IMG/VR virus record: IMGVR_UViG_3300021964_000012
Span: 186,001 to 250,000 of that record
Strand: one strand, 5' to 3'
DNA: 64,000 nt
Within the stretch, counting starts at the first letter, position 1. Each line of letters starts with the position of its first letter. Position numbers and translations under genes: made by a program. The notes under the pieces are model-generated. The model had not been told where the DNA came from. It saw only the letters and a program-made list of their open reading frames with translations, and did no database searches. Below, piece after piece: positions 36,985-46,753 of this stretch.

Positions 36985-38873
36985 GTTGTAACCGCATCTA
37001 AATACTGTAGTATTTGTTTTTTAATTCCAGGATTGCTATTGATTTGTTGAGCCAGTGTTATTACAGGATCATCACTGGCAATTTTCTTTAGATCAGGCAT
37101 CTTTATACCAGCAGTTTGAAATGCTTGTTGCATCACTGCTCCGTCTATGCCTTGAGTTGTAAGCCATTGTGCAATTTGTACACTGTCAGTTGGTTTGCCG
37201 GCTTTTGTCCATGCTTTCATAAGTTTATCAGCAGTTACTTTAGTTGTGATATTTGTACCGACTTGACGAGCTTTTTGTCCAAGTTTGGTAACACCTTTAC
37301 CAATTTGTTGTTTTAAGTTTGAAAGCATACCGCCTGGTGCTTCCATAAGATCTTGCTTGTAGGCAACTGCAACAAAAAGTTTTGTAATTTGATCTTCTGT
37401 GAGTGCATTCGCAGTACTGTGTCCGCTCTGCAACAATGATCTTCGTTTTGCTAGTTGCTCTGGAGATAGGTTCTTAAGTCTTTCTGCTTGAGCAGCGGCT
37501 TTTGCATCTAAATTTTCAGCGGCACCGGGTACGTTATCTTTTAGCCATTGTGTAGCCTCTGGACTCATAGCCTGTGTTCCTGGAAATTGTGAGTTGAATT
37601 GATCTATTAGTTCTGGGTCTGTAATTGGTATATCACCACGTACGACAATACCTTCGCCTGTGCCGCCTGGTGCAACTAGATCAGCTTTTGCTTGTAGGTC
37701 CGCTCTGCCTTGTGCAACTTTATCCCCTACACTACCACTTTGAGCAGTTGCAGTTCTATCAGCACCTGTTCCACCACTTACTTCATCAGGGTCAACAACA
37801 TCACCACCAGTTGTACCGTCTAAATGACTTTGTAGTTGTTTATTGTATTGATCTATTATATCGTCAGGAATATTGTCTTGATTTGGAAGGTCAATCAACC
37901 CATCCATTTGTTCTGGTGTTAAAGGTTGTCCTGGTTGATATGATGCAAGATTCAGTCCATTTTCATCATACATAGGTCCTAGTTGTGCATTGTATTGATC
38001 AATTACATTCTGCGGTATACCGTCTTGATTTGGCAAATCCTGTATCATGTTCATTTCAGCAGTTGATAGTTTACCATCAAAGTCTGCAACAATATCATCT
38101 ATACTAGTAGCACCTGCTATATCTTGTATGCCGGCAGCTCGCATATCTGCGGCCGTTCCGGCGTCAACATCGGTGATTCCGTCGAGGCTATTTCCTCCAC
38201 CAGCAAATCCTCCTTGTGTTGATTGTGCAGTATCAGCAGTTGCTCCAACAGCATCTCCGCCACCACGCACTAGATCGCCAAGTGTACTTGCACCGGCCGC
38301 CAACGCACCAGTTTTACCTGCACTGTATAACGCACTTCTTATGTCTTTACCTTGTAACAGTTGATCTGTAAGTTTAAACAAACCTAATGCGGCAGCACCA
38401 CCTAAACCTGCACCACTTACACCAGCGGCTGCAATCAATGCGGCATAGATAAAACCTTGCATAATAGGATGTTTCTCTGCAAACTGACGATATTTTTTAA
38501 CAGCTTGCATTACACGACCTTCGTCGCCACCTGCACTTTGCTTCAGTTGTTCGGCGGCGGCATCATATTTTTGTGCAAAGCCTTGCATAGGTCCAGAATT
38601 GTAAACTTTTGCCTTTAGATCATTCCAAGGTTTAACAATTGCTTGATTAACTTTGTCTAATCCTTTACCAACTGCCGTACGGTTTGATCCAGCCTCAGTT
38701 GCAGTTTTTTCTATTTCTGCAAACAAACCTTGTATCTGTTGTGGTGAAAGTGCAGCTTCACGAAGTTGATATCCCACGTTTTCCCAAACAAGATAGGTAT
38801 CGAGATTGGTTCGGTTAAGACTTTCTAGTAATGCATGTCTTGATTCATGTTTTTTTAATTCGGTGATCCTCAT
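36981..38873 (-). CDS. Large Ala/Gly-rich putative internal/ejected virion protein
   Basis: MRITEL, LLES, LREA and LMEA sites; a hydrophobic Gly/Ala helix; an internal 22-aa duplication. Confidence 0.5.
   Translation of the reverse strand: MRITELKKHESRHALLESLNRTNLDTYLVWENVGYQLREAALSPQQIQGLFAEIEKTATEAGSNRTAVGKGLDKVNQAIVKPWNDLKAKVYNSGPMQGFAQKYDAAAEQLKQSAGGDEGRVMQAVKKYRQFAEKHPIMQGFIYAALIAAAGVSGAGLGGAAALGLFKLTDQLLQGKDIRSALYSAGKTGALAAGASTLGDLVRGGGDAVGATADTAQSTQGGFAGGGNSLDGITDVDAGTAADMRAAGIQDIAGATSIDDIVADFDGKLSTAEMNMIQDLPNQDGIPQNVIDQYNAQLGPMYDENGLNLASYQPGQPLTPEQMDGLIDLPNQDNIPDDIIDQYNKQLQSHLDGTTGGDVVDPDEVSGGTGADRTATAQSGSVGDKVAQGRADLQAKADLVAPGGTGEGIVVRGDIPITDPELIDQFNSQFPGTQAMSPEATQWLKDNVPGAAENLDAKAAAQAERLKNLSPEQLAKRRSLLQSGHSTANALTEDQITKLFVAVAYKQDLMEAPGGMLSNLKQQIGKGVTKLGQKARQVGTNITTKVTADKLMKAWTKAGKPTDSVQIAQWLTTQGIDGAVMQQAFQTAGIKMPDLKKIASDDPVITLAQQINSNPGIKKQILQYLDAVTT
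37833..38043 (-). repeat. Two copies of a 22-aa module (IQDLPNQDGIPQNVIDQYNAQL / LIDLPNQDNIPDDIIDQYNKQL)
   Basis: Read directly from the translation; boundaries are approximate. Confidence 0.8.
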
Positions 38874-39877
38874 GCTATTGCTTTCTTCAATTTCTGTTTG
38901 CTCGGAGCATCTAATTTATCTATTGCACCTATCGTACCGGGGGATGCTTTTTCGATAGCCGCACGTAGTCCTGCCATCTTTGGATCATTGAGATCAATTT
39001 TTTGTCCACCAATCTTAGCAGTAGGAACTTTTGTTTTTTGAGCAACGTCTTTTGCAGTGGTTGATACTATCTTACCTGTACTGTCTCTTTGCGGTGCGGT
39101 TGACTGTTTAGCTTGTTGACTTTTAGGAACATTGGTCATGTAACTTGGTTTGCGTTTTTTCCAATCATCATTGGCTTGATCCATGCCTTGCTTCACTGCA
39201 CTTGTTTTGCCCTTGTTCATTGCTTGCGAAATTGGATCAGTTCCTTGACCTTGCTTGTTTTGATTACGTGCAATGCTTTTCTGTATTGCTTTTTGATCCT
39301 GGTTAGCAGCAGAGGCTTGTGCACCTGTTGTTCCTAGTTTTTTTTCTAGTTCTGCTTTTCTTTGTGCTTCGGCATCGGTTTTTTGTAACTTTGCAGCCAA
39401 TCCAGCAGCCTTATTACGTTGTGTAATACTACCACTTTGAGCGTTTTTTCCAATACTTGCACCCCCAACACCGGTGTAGGTTTGTTGACTGCGATCAGGA
39501 AGACCACTTTGCCAATTATAACTGGTTACATCGTCAACTTTGTCCAGTGTTTTTTGTGCAAGTGCATCTGCTTTGCCAATTCCAGTTTGTACTGCACCAG
39601 CGGCTCTTTTTAGAAACCCTGGACCTTGTGCTTGTGCTTTTGCAGTAGGTGCTTTATAATCTTTTCCAGCAACTGCTTTTTGTGTTTGTTGTTTGCCTTG
39701 TTGGAATGACTTGCCTAATGCATCAGCACTACGCTTAGTAACACCTTTGATCTTTTGTCCTGCTCCTTGAACCGCACCAAGGCCTTGGCCAATTTTTTTA
39801 GTGATGGCTTTAGAGAAATCACCAATTTCGTCTAAGAGCTCTTCTTGTAGTTGTTGTTCTGTTAATCTATTTGTCAT
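38870..39877 (-). CDS. Basic Lys/Gln/Ala-rich putative internal head protein
   Basis: RLTE, LQEE and LLDE at the N-terminus, followed by a low-complexity basic body. Confidence 0.5.
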   Translation of the reverse strand: MTNRLTEQQLQEELLDEIGDFSKAITKKIGQGLGAVQGAGQKIKGVTKRSADALGKSFQQGKQQTQKAVAGKDYKAPTAKAQAQGPGFLKRAAGAVQTGIGKADALAQKTLDKVDDVTSYNWQSGLPDRSQQTYTGVGGASIGKNAQSGSITQRNKAAGLAAKLQKTDAEAQRKAELEKKLGTTGAQASAANQDQKAIQKSIARNQNKQGQGTDPISQAMNKGKTSAVKQGMDQANDDWKKRKPSYMTNVPKSQQAKQSTAPQRDSTGKIVSTTAKDVAQKTKVPTAKIGGQKIDLNDPKMAGLRAAIEKASPGTIGAIDKLDAPSKQKLKKAIA

Positions 39878-40127
39878 TGGCTCTTTTCACTGATCTTGCA
39901 AACTTACTCGGATCACGCAAACGAATAGCATTCAGTAGTTTGCGTTGTAGATTTTCACTTTGCTCTGCATCATATAACTCGTCGATCTGTTCCATTAAAC
40001 GGATAGCACTGGCAATCACATTGCTGGCACGACTTTCTACGATGTATCCACGCTCTTGACGTTTAGCATAGCGTTCTACGTAGATGCCGTCTAATTCTTC
40101 AAAGATGCTACGAGTCTTTTTTTGCAT
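39867..40127 (-). CDS. Hypothetical protein
   Basis: Start moved to MQKKTR (AAGGA RBS, TAAATA at 40145-40150). IFEE and IVES sites. Confidence 0.55.
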   Translation of the reverse strand: MQKKTRSIFEELDGIYVERYAKRQERGYIVESRASNVIASAIRLMEQIDELYDAEQSENLQRKLLNAIRLRDPSKFARSVKRANDK

Positions 40128-40210
40128 TTTTGTTCCTTTTGCAGTATTTAGCAGTTTTTGCTGATTCAAATATTTATAGTAGCATAGATTCTGTAGTAAA
40201 TATACCTATT

Positions 40211-40240
40211 AAGGCATCTTTAGGCAAACATAGGCAAACA
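40211..40240 (+). repeat. Perfect tandem 10-mer TAGGCAAACA x2 (a third AGGCA lies one period upstream) directly before the dnaE-like ATG
   Basis: 40221-40230 and 40231-40240 are identical. AGGCA starts at 40212, 40222 and 40232. Confidence 0.85.
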
Positions 40241-41940
40241 TGAAAACAGAAATAGAACAGATACAATTATTATTAGAACAATTTAGAAGACCAACTCCCG
40301 AAGGCGAAGAATATCAAAACAGACTAGCAGAAGAATTTGAAATTATACTTCAGCAACGTTTTACAGATTACTTTCTCAAAATAAGACTCATACTTGATCT
40401 CAACGAAGACATACCACACATGACCAGAGGCAGTGCTGGTAGCAGTTTGGTTTGCTATCTCATGGGCATAACTGATGTTGATCCAATTGAATGGAACATA
40501 CCACTAGCAAGATTTTTAAATCCATACAGAGATGACTTGCCTGATGTGGATATTGATATACCTCATCACAAACAAGAACTTGCAATGCAACGTGTGTTTG
40601 ACAAATGGCCAACACAGAGTGCTAGGATATCAAACTATGTGCTTTACAGAGAGAAGAGTGCAAAACGCGAAGCTGCCAAACGCCTTGGAGCAAAAGGCAG
40701 ACTGCCAAAAGATATAGACTACGCAAAACTAGGCGTTGACGAACAAGAAGCACGTCGTATTGAACGCAAACTCATGGGCAAAAAACGTTGTATCAGCAAA
40801 CACTGTGGTGGTGTGCTGGTTTTTGATCGTCCACTACCTAAAAGCCTGTTCCGTGATGACAATCTTATCTTGCTTGACAAAAACGAAGTAGAGGATTTGG
40901 AACATCTAAAAGTAGACATACTTGCAAACAGAGGATTATCACAGTTACTAGAAATAGATCCTCACACAAGACTGGATGCATATCCAAAACAGGATGAACG
41001 TGTTGCTGATTTGTTGTGTAGAGGTGATGTACTTGGTGTAACACAAGGTGAGTCGCCAACTATGAAGAGACTGTTTCGTGCATTGCAACCAACCGGAGTT
41101 GAGGACTGTGTGTTTGCCAGTGCATTAGTGCGTCCAGTTGCTATGGAAGGCAGACGCAAGGCCAGTTGGTTCCGTGACTGGAGTGAAAAAGGCATACAAA
41201 AGAATGCAATAGTATATGAAGATGATGCCATACATAAAATAATGAAATTGATTGGCATATCACCATACGAAGCAGATATGTATCGTCGTGCTTTTGCAAA
41301 AAAGAATGAAGAAAAGATGATGCAGTTTATGGCACGCTTAGGTGATCATCCAGACAAGCATGATATCTATGAACAAATGCAATCACTAAGTGGGTTTGGC
41401 TTGTGTAGAGCACACGCAGTTAATTTAGGCAGACTTATATGGGCATTAGCATATCACAAAGTATACAATCCAAAAGAGTTTTGGCGTGCTTGTTTAAAAC
41501 ACTGCCAAGGATCATATGCACGTTGGGTATATCGTAACGAAGCAAAACGTGCTGGTTGGGATCTGCGTGAACTAGGTTTTGACAACTGGATTACAGAAGA
41601 TCCAGTTGAGAGTTTCAAACAACATGGTGCATGGAATAGTCCTGGCTTTTTGCCAAACATGGGATTGCAAAATTTATTCTTAGACAAGTTTCAGTTTGCA
41701 GGTATAATTGCCGCCAGCAGAGTGTTTAAAAGTGATATAAAAAGTTATATACACTTCATCACACTAGGTGTTGGTGAAGGTCGCTATGTGGATCTTGTTG
41801 TTGACAAACCAGTGAAATACGGTAAAGGAACTGTAGTCTTAGGAGAAGGAGAACTACACAGCAGAGACAACAGCGAGTATCTCAAAGTAAAACGCAAATC
41901 AGTAAAAGTGATGTCAATTGACGACTATGTTCAGAGCTAA
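40240..41940 (+). CDS. dnaE: PHP-less, compact DNA polymerase III alpha (DnaE-like)
   Basis: RGSAGSSLV, RFLNP.RDDLPDVDID, KHCGGV, KVDIL, GVTQGES and GFGLCRAHA. All three catalytic Asp are present. No PHP domain; 566 aa. Confidence 0.85.
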   Translation: MKTEIEQIQLLLEQFRRPTPEGEEYQNRLAEEFEIILQQRFTDYFLKIRLILDLNEDIPHMTRGSAGSSLVCYLMGITDVDPIEWNIPLARFLNPYRDDLPDVDIDIPHHKQELAMQRVFDKWPTQSARISNYVLYREKSAKREAAKRLGAKGRLPKDIDYAKLGVDEQEARRIERKLMGKKRCISKHCGGVLVFDRPLPKSLFRDDNLILLDKNEVEDLEHLKVDILANRGLSQLLEIDPHTRLDAYPKQDERVADLLCRGDVLGVTQGESPTMKRLFRALQPTGVEDCVFASALVRPVAMEGRRKASWFRDWSEKGIQKNAIVYEDDAIHKIMKLIGISPYEADMYRRAFAKKNEEKMMQFMARLGDHPDKHDIYEQMQSLSGFGLCRAHAVNLGRLIWALAYHKVYNPKEFWRACLKHCQGSYARWVYRNEAKRAGWDLRELGFDNWITEDPVESFKQHGAWNSPGFLPNMGLQNLFLDKFQFAGIIAASRVFKSDIKSYIHFITLGVGEGRYVDLVVDKPVKYGKGTVVLGEGELHSRDNSEYLKVKRKSVKVMSIDDYVQS

Positions 41941-42944
41941 CAGGTACCACAGTTATCATCGCAAATGACTAACCGTCCATTTTCATAATCTTTAAGTATC
42001 CAACTTTGTTCCACTTTGCCAAACCATTCAATACATTGTTCCAAAGTGTAAACTAATGCATTATTTTTTTCAATCATTGGAATTAATTGACTGTTGGCAG
42101 CTTGATGATACTGCCCTTTCCCGTATGTCTTAGGGTAAAACCCAGTGTAACAACAAGGATACACATCTCCATTGGCAGAGATATAAATGCTTTTAAGTTT
42201 TTTTGTTTCACAGATTACACTGGCGCAAGGTTTTCTTCCTGGAATAATATCTTCTAATAAAATATCATCAGTTTTTTTACTGTCAAGAAGTTTTTCAAAA
42301 TTGGTTTCTCCTGAGTATGATCCTAATGTATGAGCCAGGTTACCTTTCTTGTCAAATACAGGAGCAGTGTTTCTTCCTTCGTCAACTATTTTAAATTTTG
42401 AAAATTCCAGTTGAATGCTCAGTTGTTTACATTCTTCGATTTGATGACGATTATGATCAAATTCTATAAACTGCCAAATTGCATTTCCTCCGTTTGAAAT
42501 AAAAGTTTTAGCATTTTTAATCACAGTTTTCCAAGAAGTATCTTGACGATATAAACTGTGGGTGTCTTCTAATCCATCAATTGCAAAATTAACCGTGGCA
42601 CTACTGCTGGCAAGGCTTTTCCAAAAATCTTCTTTTCTAGCTCCGCCGTTGGTGTTAATCGAAATATTCATTTTTGGATTATTATCTCTAAAGTATTTTA
42701 TAATATCTTGACCTTCGGGATTCATCACAATATCGCCAAAATTTCCATTAACACGAATTGATTTCAATTGTAGCAGAAATTTTTTTGAAAATATTTTTTT
42801 TGTTTGCTCTAATGTCAAATACGTTTCAGGATAACCTCCATTATAAGGATACCCCCAGAAGTTTCGAGGACACCAAGGACATCTCGCATTACACAAAGAT
42901 GCAATTTCTAAATGAACATCACGAATTTCATTGTAAGATATCAT
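41937..42944 (-). CDS. Radical SAM protein with SPASM/twitch-like C-terminus
   Basis: CNARCPWC, GNFGD, NTNGG, DVYPCC and terminal C..NC. Confidence 0.9.
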   Translation of the reverse strand: MISYNEIRDVHLEIASLCNARCPWCPRNFWGYPYNGGYPETYLTLEQTKKIFSKKFLLQLKSIRVNGNFGDIVMNPEGQDIIKYFRDNNPKMNISINTNGGARKEDFWKSLASSSATVNFAIDGLEDTHSLYRQDTSWKTVIKNAKTFISNGGNAIWQFIEFDHNRHQIEECKQLSIQLEFSKFKIVDEGRNTAPVFDKKGNLAHTLGSYSGETNFEKLLDSKKTDDILLEDIIPGRKPCASVICETKKLKSIYISANGDVYPCCYTGFYPKTYGKGQYHQAANSQLIPMIEKNNALVYTLEQCIEWFGKVEQSWILKDYENGRLVICDDNCGTC

Positions 42945-44344
42945 TTTTGTTTGATACCTGCTAACATCTGTTTAAGTTTTGTGCTTTGTACATCAGCAAC
43001 AATCTTACCTGGTTCGTCTGCCACAGTTGCATCGTTTACAGTGTCAGTTGTGAGTGTCTTGGCTTTTATTTGATCATAGATACTTGAACTCTGTTTCTTA
43101 AACTGTTGATATTCTTCATCATCTCCTAAGTCACGTATACGCAAACTTTCTATGTCAAACTCCAAGTCTACTTTCTGTCCAACACCTGAACTACTTCTAG
43201 TCTTCATAGCCTGTATCTGATATCTGCCACGTTCTCTCATTGCACGGCTTGTAAAGATACCAAACACATTGTCAGCAGTATTGATCTTACTGATACCACC
43301 TGATATATGCGAATGATCAAACTCTATTTCTTCAACTGCACTTCTATTCAACTGTGAAGCAGTTACAAACAATATGTTAAGTTCCCTTGCAAGGTTACGC
43401 AGTTCTTCAGATACATACTTGTCCTTAACAAACAGATCATTTGGCGATACTTTTGCACTTACTGGCATAAGCAAATCCAAATAGTCAACACACATAAAGT
43501 CTATTTCTTTTCCTTGTTTGATGCTTAGTTCTTTTACAAATGCTCTTATGTCGTTAACTGTGCTCTGTGCAGGCATGTATTTTATTTGAAGTTTTCCTGA
43601 CTTCTTGCCCATCATTTTAACTTTCATTTCAACAGTTTCAATGTCTTTGAACAACTGTTTACTAGGAGTGTTTGTTAACATACTGTCAATACGCATAGCT
43701 GTCAACCCTTCACTCAATTCGAGTGTAATGTATACTCCGCTGAGTCCTGCTTCCATCCAGTTCACTGCCAAGTTTTGCATGAACAAACTTTTACCTGATC
43801 CTGACCCGCCTGCAAATATCTGTAGTTCTCCTCTGTTAAACCCACCATACAATAATTTGTCTAAGTTTGCCCAACCTGTTGAATTCTGTCCGTTGTTGTC
43901 TTTCAGTGCCGCAAGTCTTGCACGAGGATCTTCAAAGTAATCTGTACCCAGATCCTTTGTTAAACTTATCTGTACTGCATCCTTGATTAGTTTCTCAACT
44001 GGTGAATACTCTCCCTTTTCTAACAGGTCTGCACTTTTAAGTATGGCACGTTCTAGTTCAGTACGTCTGGTAAATGCTTCAAATTCGTTCAAAAACCAAT
44101 CTGTATGTCCACTATTGAGATCTGGAATCTCCAATAGTTCAACGTTTGTCACTGCTTTTATCTGTGCTCTGTCAGGAAGTGTTTTATGTTCGTTTGCATG
44201 GTCATAGATAAACTTTGCAGTTTCACGCAAGTCTCTGTCAAAATTTTCTGTATTGAATATATTTTGTACTCTCAAAAAACTTTGTGCATCATGCATCATC
44301 ATTTCTAAAAATAACTTTTGTACATCATAGTTATAATCTGTCAT
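42941..44344 (-). CDS. DnaB/gp41-like replicative helicase
   Basis: GGSGSGKS, YITLELSE, VDYLDL, TASQLNRS and KTRSS. Confidence 0.92.
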   Translation of the reverse strand: MTDYNYDVQKLFLEMMMHDAQSFLRVQNIFNTENFDRDLRETAKFIYDHANEHKTLPDRAQIKAVTNVELLEIPDLNSGHTDWFLNEFEAFTRRTELERAILKSADLLEKGEYSPVEKLIKDAVQISLTKDLGTDYFEDPRARLAALKDNNGQNSTGWANLDKLLYGGFNRGELQIFAGGSGSGKSLFMQNLAVNWMEAGLSGVYITLELSEGLTAMRIDSMLTNTPSKQLFKDIETVEMKVKMMGKKSGKLQIKYMPAQSTVNDIRAFVKELSIKQGKEIDFMCVDYLDLLMPVSAKVSPNDLFVKDKYVSEELRNLARELNILFVTASQLNRSAVEEIEFDHSHISGGISKINTADNVFGIFTSRAMRERGRYQIQAMKTRSSSGVGQKVDLEFDIESLRIRDLGDDEEYQQFKKQSSSIYDQIKAKTLTTDTVNDATVADEPGKIVADVQSTKLKQMLAGIKQK

Positions 44345-45312
44345 ACTATCCTCGCTAGGCGTTTACGTGCCATTTCAATTTTTATCTTACTACGTTCTGC
44401 ATGTTGATGAATTTGATGTAGTGTTTCGGCTACACCAAAACGCACCACTGCATCATTTACATCTTTTACATCTTTGGGCCATTCGGGTATACTAACTTCA
44501 AACTTGTGTTCTACTGCGGCATCAATTATACTTAATCCTGCACGGTCCTGATCTGGTACTACTATAATTCTACGTTGTAACTGCTTCAACAACTGTGCTT
44601 GATCTTTGCTAATGGTCTCATGCATACATGCTAATCCGGATATACTTAGTGCATCAAATATACCCTCAACAACTATTGCACTAGTCCAGTCAGACTTTTG
44701 TAAATCGTAACCAAACACATACCCAGGTTGTTGATTGTTTATAAACTTTGGTGTACGATTATCCAAGTAACGTGATGTATATCCTACTATCCTGTTTTTG
44801 TAAGTGTATGGTATAACAATCCTGTCTCTTGGTCCACGTTTTTTATCTACTAAAAATGGATAACCAAACACTATACCACGATTACGCAGGTATTCAACAT
44901 AATGAAAGTGACCACGATTGTTCTCATCTATTCGTTCAACACCTGTGGGTATTTCTTGTTCTTCAAAGTCTATTTGTTTTTGTTTAATGGTATTGCGTTC
45001 AGCAGTTAAATCTAATAAATTTTTACGTTTCAAACTTTCTAAGTTGAGCCTTTCAATATCAGTTGGATCAACACCTAGCCATTCTAATAGTTTACGTGTT
45101 TTGTAACCAACGTTGCGTCCAGCAACAAAACTTGCTGTAAAACCACAGTTAAAGCAATGATAACTCCAATCGTCATCCTGTTGTTTGATTCCACCACGAA
45201 GACGCTTGTCTTTTGATTCACCTTGATGAACACAACAAGGTGCATTGAAACTTACCCATCCAGAACTGGTATGTTTTCGCTTTTGCGGAATGTAACTCAA
45301 TAGATCGATCAT
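44341..45312 (-). CDS. gp61-like DNA primase (Zn finger plus TOPRIM)
   Basis: NAPCC..YHCFNCG, VVEGIFDA, PDQDRAG and KDVND. Confidence 0.9.
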   Translation of the reverse strand: MIDLLSYIPQKRKHTSSGWVSFNAPCCVHQGESKDKRLRGGIKQQDDDWSYHCFNCGFTASFVAGRNVGYKTRKLLEWLGVDPTDIERLNLESLKRKNLLDLTAERNTIKQKQIDFEEQEIPTGVERIDENNRGHFHYVEYLRNRGIVFGYPFLVDKKRGPRDRIVIPYTYKNRIVGYTSRYLDNRTPKFINNQQPGYVFGYDLQKSDWTSAIVVEGIFDALSISGLACMHETISKDQAQLLKQLQRRIIVVPDQDRAGLSIIDAAVEHKFEVSIPEWPKDVKDVNDAVVRFGVAETLHQIHQHAERSKIKIEMARKRLARIV

Positions 45313-45318
45313 TATGTA

Positions 45319-45347
45319 ATAGTAACATAACCTAGTGCTTTATGCAA
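45319..45347 (-). promoter_or_regulatory. sigma70-type promoter of the primase-helicase operon
   Basis: TTGCAT-17-TACTAT. Confidence 0.55.
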
Positions 45348-45356
45348 GTGTTTTGA

Positions 45357-46349
45357 TTATCGATAGGTGATTTGGCTAATAGTACCGTTATTAATTTCCA
45401 CAGTAGGAGTTGCTTCATAGCCTTGCCCACCATTAGTAACAGAAATTTCTGTAACTACATTTCCGCTTATGGTTGCAGTTGCAGTGGCTCCGGTGCCTAG
45501 TCCTGTGATTTCAACATTTGGTGTACCAGGACCATAGTACTCACTACCACCCGTTGCACTAATCTCAGTTATTACGCCGTTCTGTACAGTGGCACTGCCA
45601 GTAGCAGCCACACCATATTGATTGATTTCAAAACGTACCCAGTTGTGTCTTCCCTCAACATTCACAAATGCTCTTTTAGTTTGATTGGTATAGACTGTTT
45701 GACTCCCTATATCATACCAATCTGGACCTATCTGTGTGTCACTGCCTTGTGCTTTTACATTACCTGAGAAGTTGTCAAAGTCAAATTGAAATGTTGTGAG
45801 TGTATTATTCGCAGTATATGCTATGCTAGTATATCTTCTATCACCAGATTCAGTTTTTATTCCATATTCATCTGGTTTAGGAATTTCAAGTAACCTGCTT
45901 TCAACAAAATTAGGATATACACTGTCTACTATTTCAACTTGTCCACGTCCTGAACTATATGCATCTGTAAAGACTGCTTCATAGAGATTGCCACTAGCAC
46001 GTTCTAAACTCCAGCTTGCAGTTTGCTCTTCAATAAGATCCAGTTCTTCACTAGTAAGTGTAACCTTTGCTCTTCCAAATGTTGCACTCAATGTTTCTAA
46101 ATCTTTGGCTATTAACTGTTCTTCTCCGTCTGTAGACATCATTCTATAGGTAATAGTGCTACCACTAATATTCACTGGTTTTTGATCTTGATTTATAAAT
46201 TCAAATAATATGACATTGTCAACACCGCGGTTGACTTTTAATTTCTTAGCATACACTGGTTGCCATCTCCTTTGAAAGTATGCGCCACTCGTATCAGGTA
46301 ATAACACCTGCTGCTTCTGCTGATATAAATATACGGGTGTAGAATACAT
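45357..46349 (-). CDS. Putative virion protein (BppU-N-like domain plus Gly-rich beta repeats)
   Basis: KVNRGVDNVILFEFINQDQKPVNISG, and C-terminal ATATI.G..I.VTNGG.GY...PTV repeats. Late promoter at 46372-46377. Confidence 0.5.
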   Translation of the reverse strand: MYSTPVYLYQQKQQVLLPDTSGAYFQRRWQPVYAKKLKVNRGVDNVILFEFINQDQKPVNISGSTITYRMMSTDGEEQLIAKDLETLSATFGRAKVTLTSEELDLIEEQTASWSLERASGNLYEAVFTDAYSSGRGQVEIVDSVYPNFVESRLLEIPKPDEYGIKTESGDRRYTSIAYTANNTLTTFQFDFDNFSGNVKAQGSDTQIGPDWYDIGSQTVYTNQTKRAFVNVEGRHNWVRFEINQYGVAATGSATVQNGVITEISATGGSEYYGPGTPNVEITGLGTGATATATISGNVVTEISVTNGGQGYEATPTVEINNGTISQITYR

Positions 46350-46375
46350 AAATTAACTCCAATTATAAGGTATTT

Positions 46376-46753
46376 ATGGGCGTAGAGCTGTTCGAAAAGA
46401 TTGCAGGACGATATCCGTTTATCACTTTCTGTACCTATGCAGGTAATGAATATGTTGGTGTAATCCAAAACCGCGATGATCAAATCACTACTATCTATGA
46501 CTTTGGAAGTATCGTCGAAGATGATATCAAACGTGATTTTCTAGAACTAGCCAATCAATGGTGGTGGGAATCTAATCGCAGTATACCAATTAACATTTTT
46601 TTAAAACAAGATTGGGAAAAGTTTAAACCTTATTTAAAAACTTTCATAAACAAAGATCTACAAATTTTACTAGGGCCAAGCACAAGCCTAGCAGAACTTA
46701 GTCGTAAAAAAATAAAACGAAGAAGTATTACACTGGTTCGCAAAGTAGATTAA
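46376..46753 (+). CDS. Hypothetical protein
   Basis: Intact ORF with TATAAATA at 46324-46331. Confidence 0.6.
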   Translation: MGVELFEKIAGRYPFITFCTYAGNEYVGVIQNRDDQITTIYDFGSIVEDDIKRDFLELANQWWWESNRSIPINIFLKQDWEKFKPYLKTFINKDLQILLGPSTSLAELSRKKIKRRSITLVRKVD

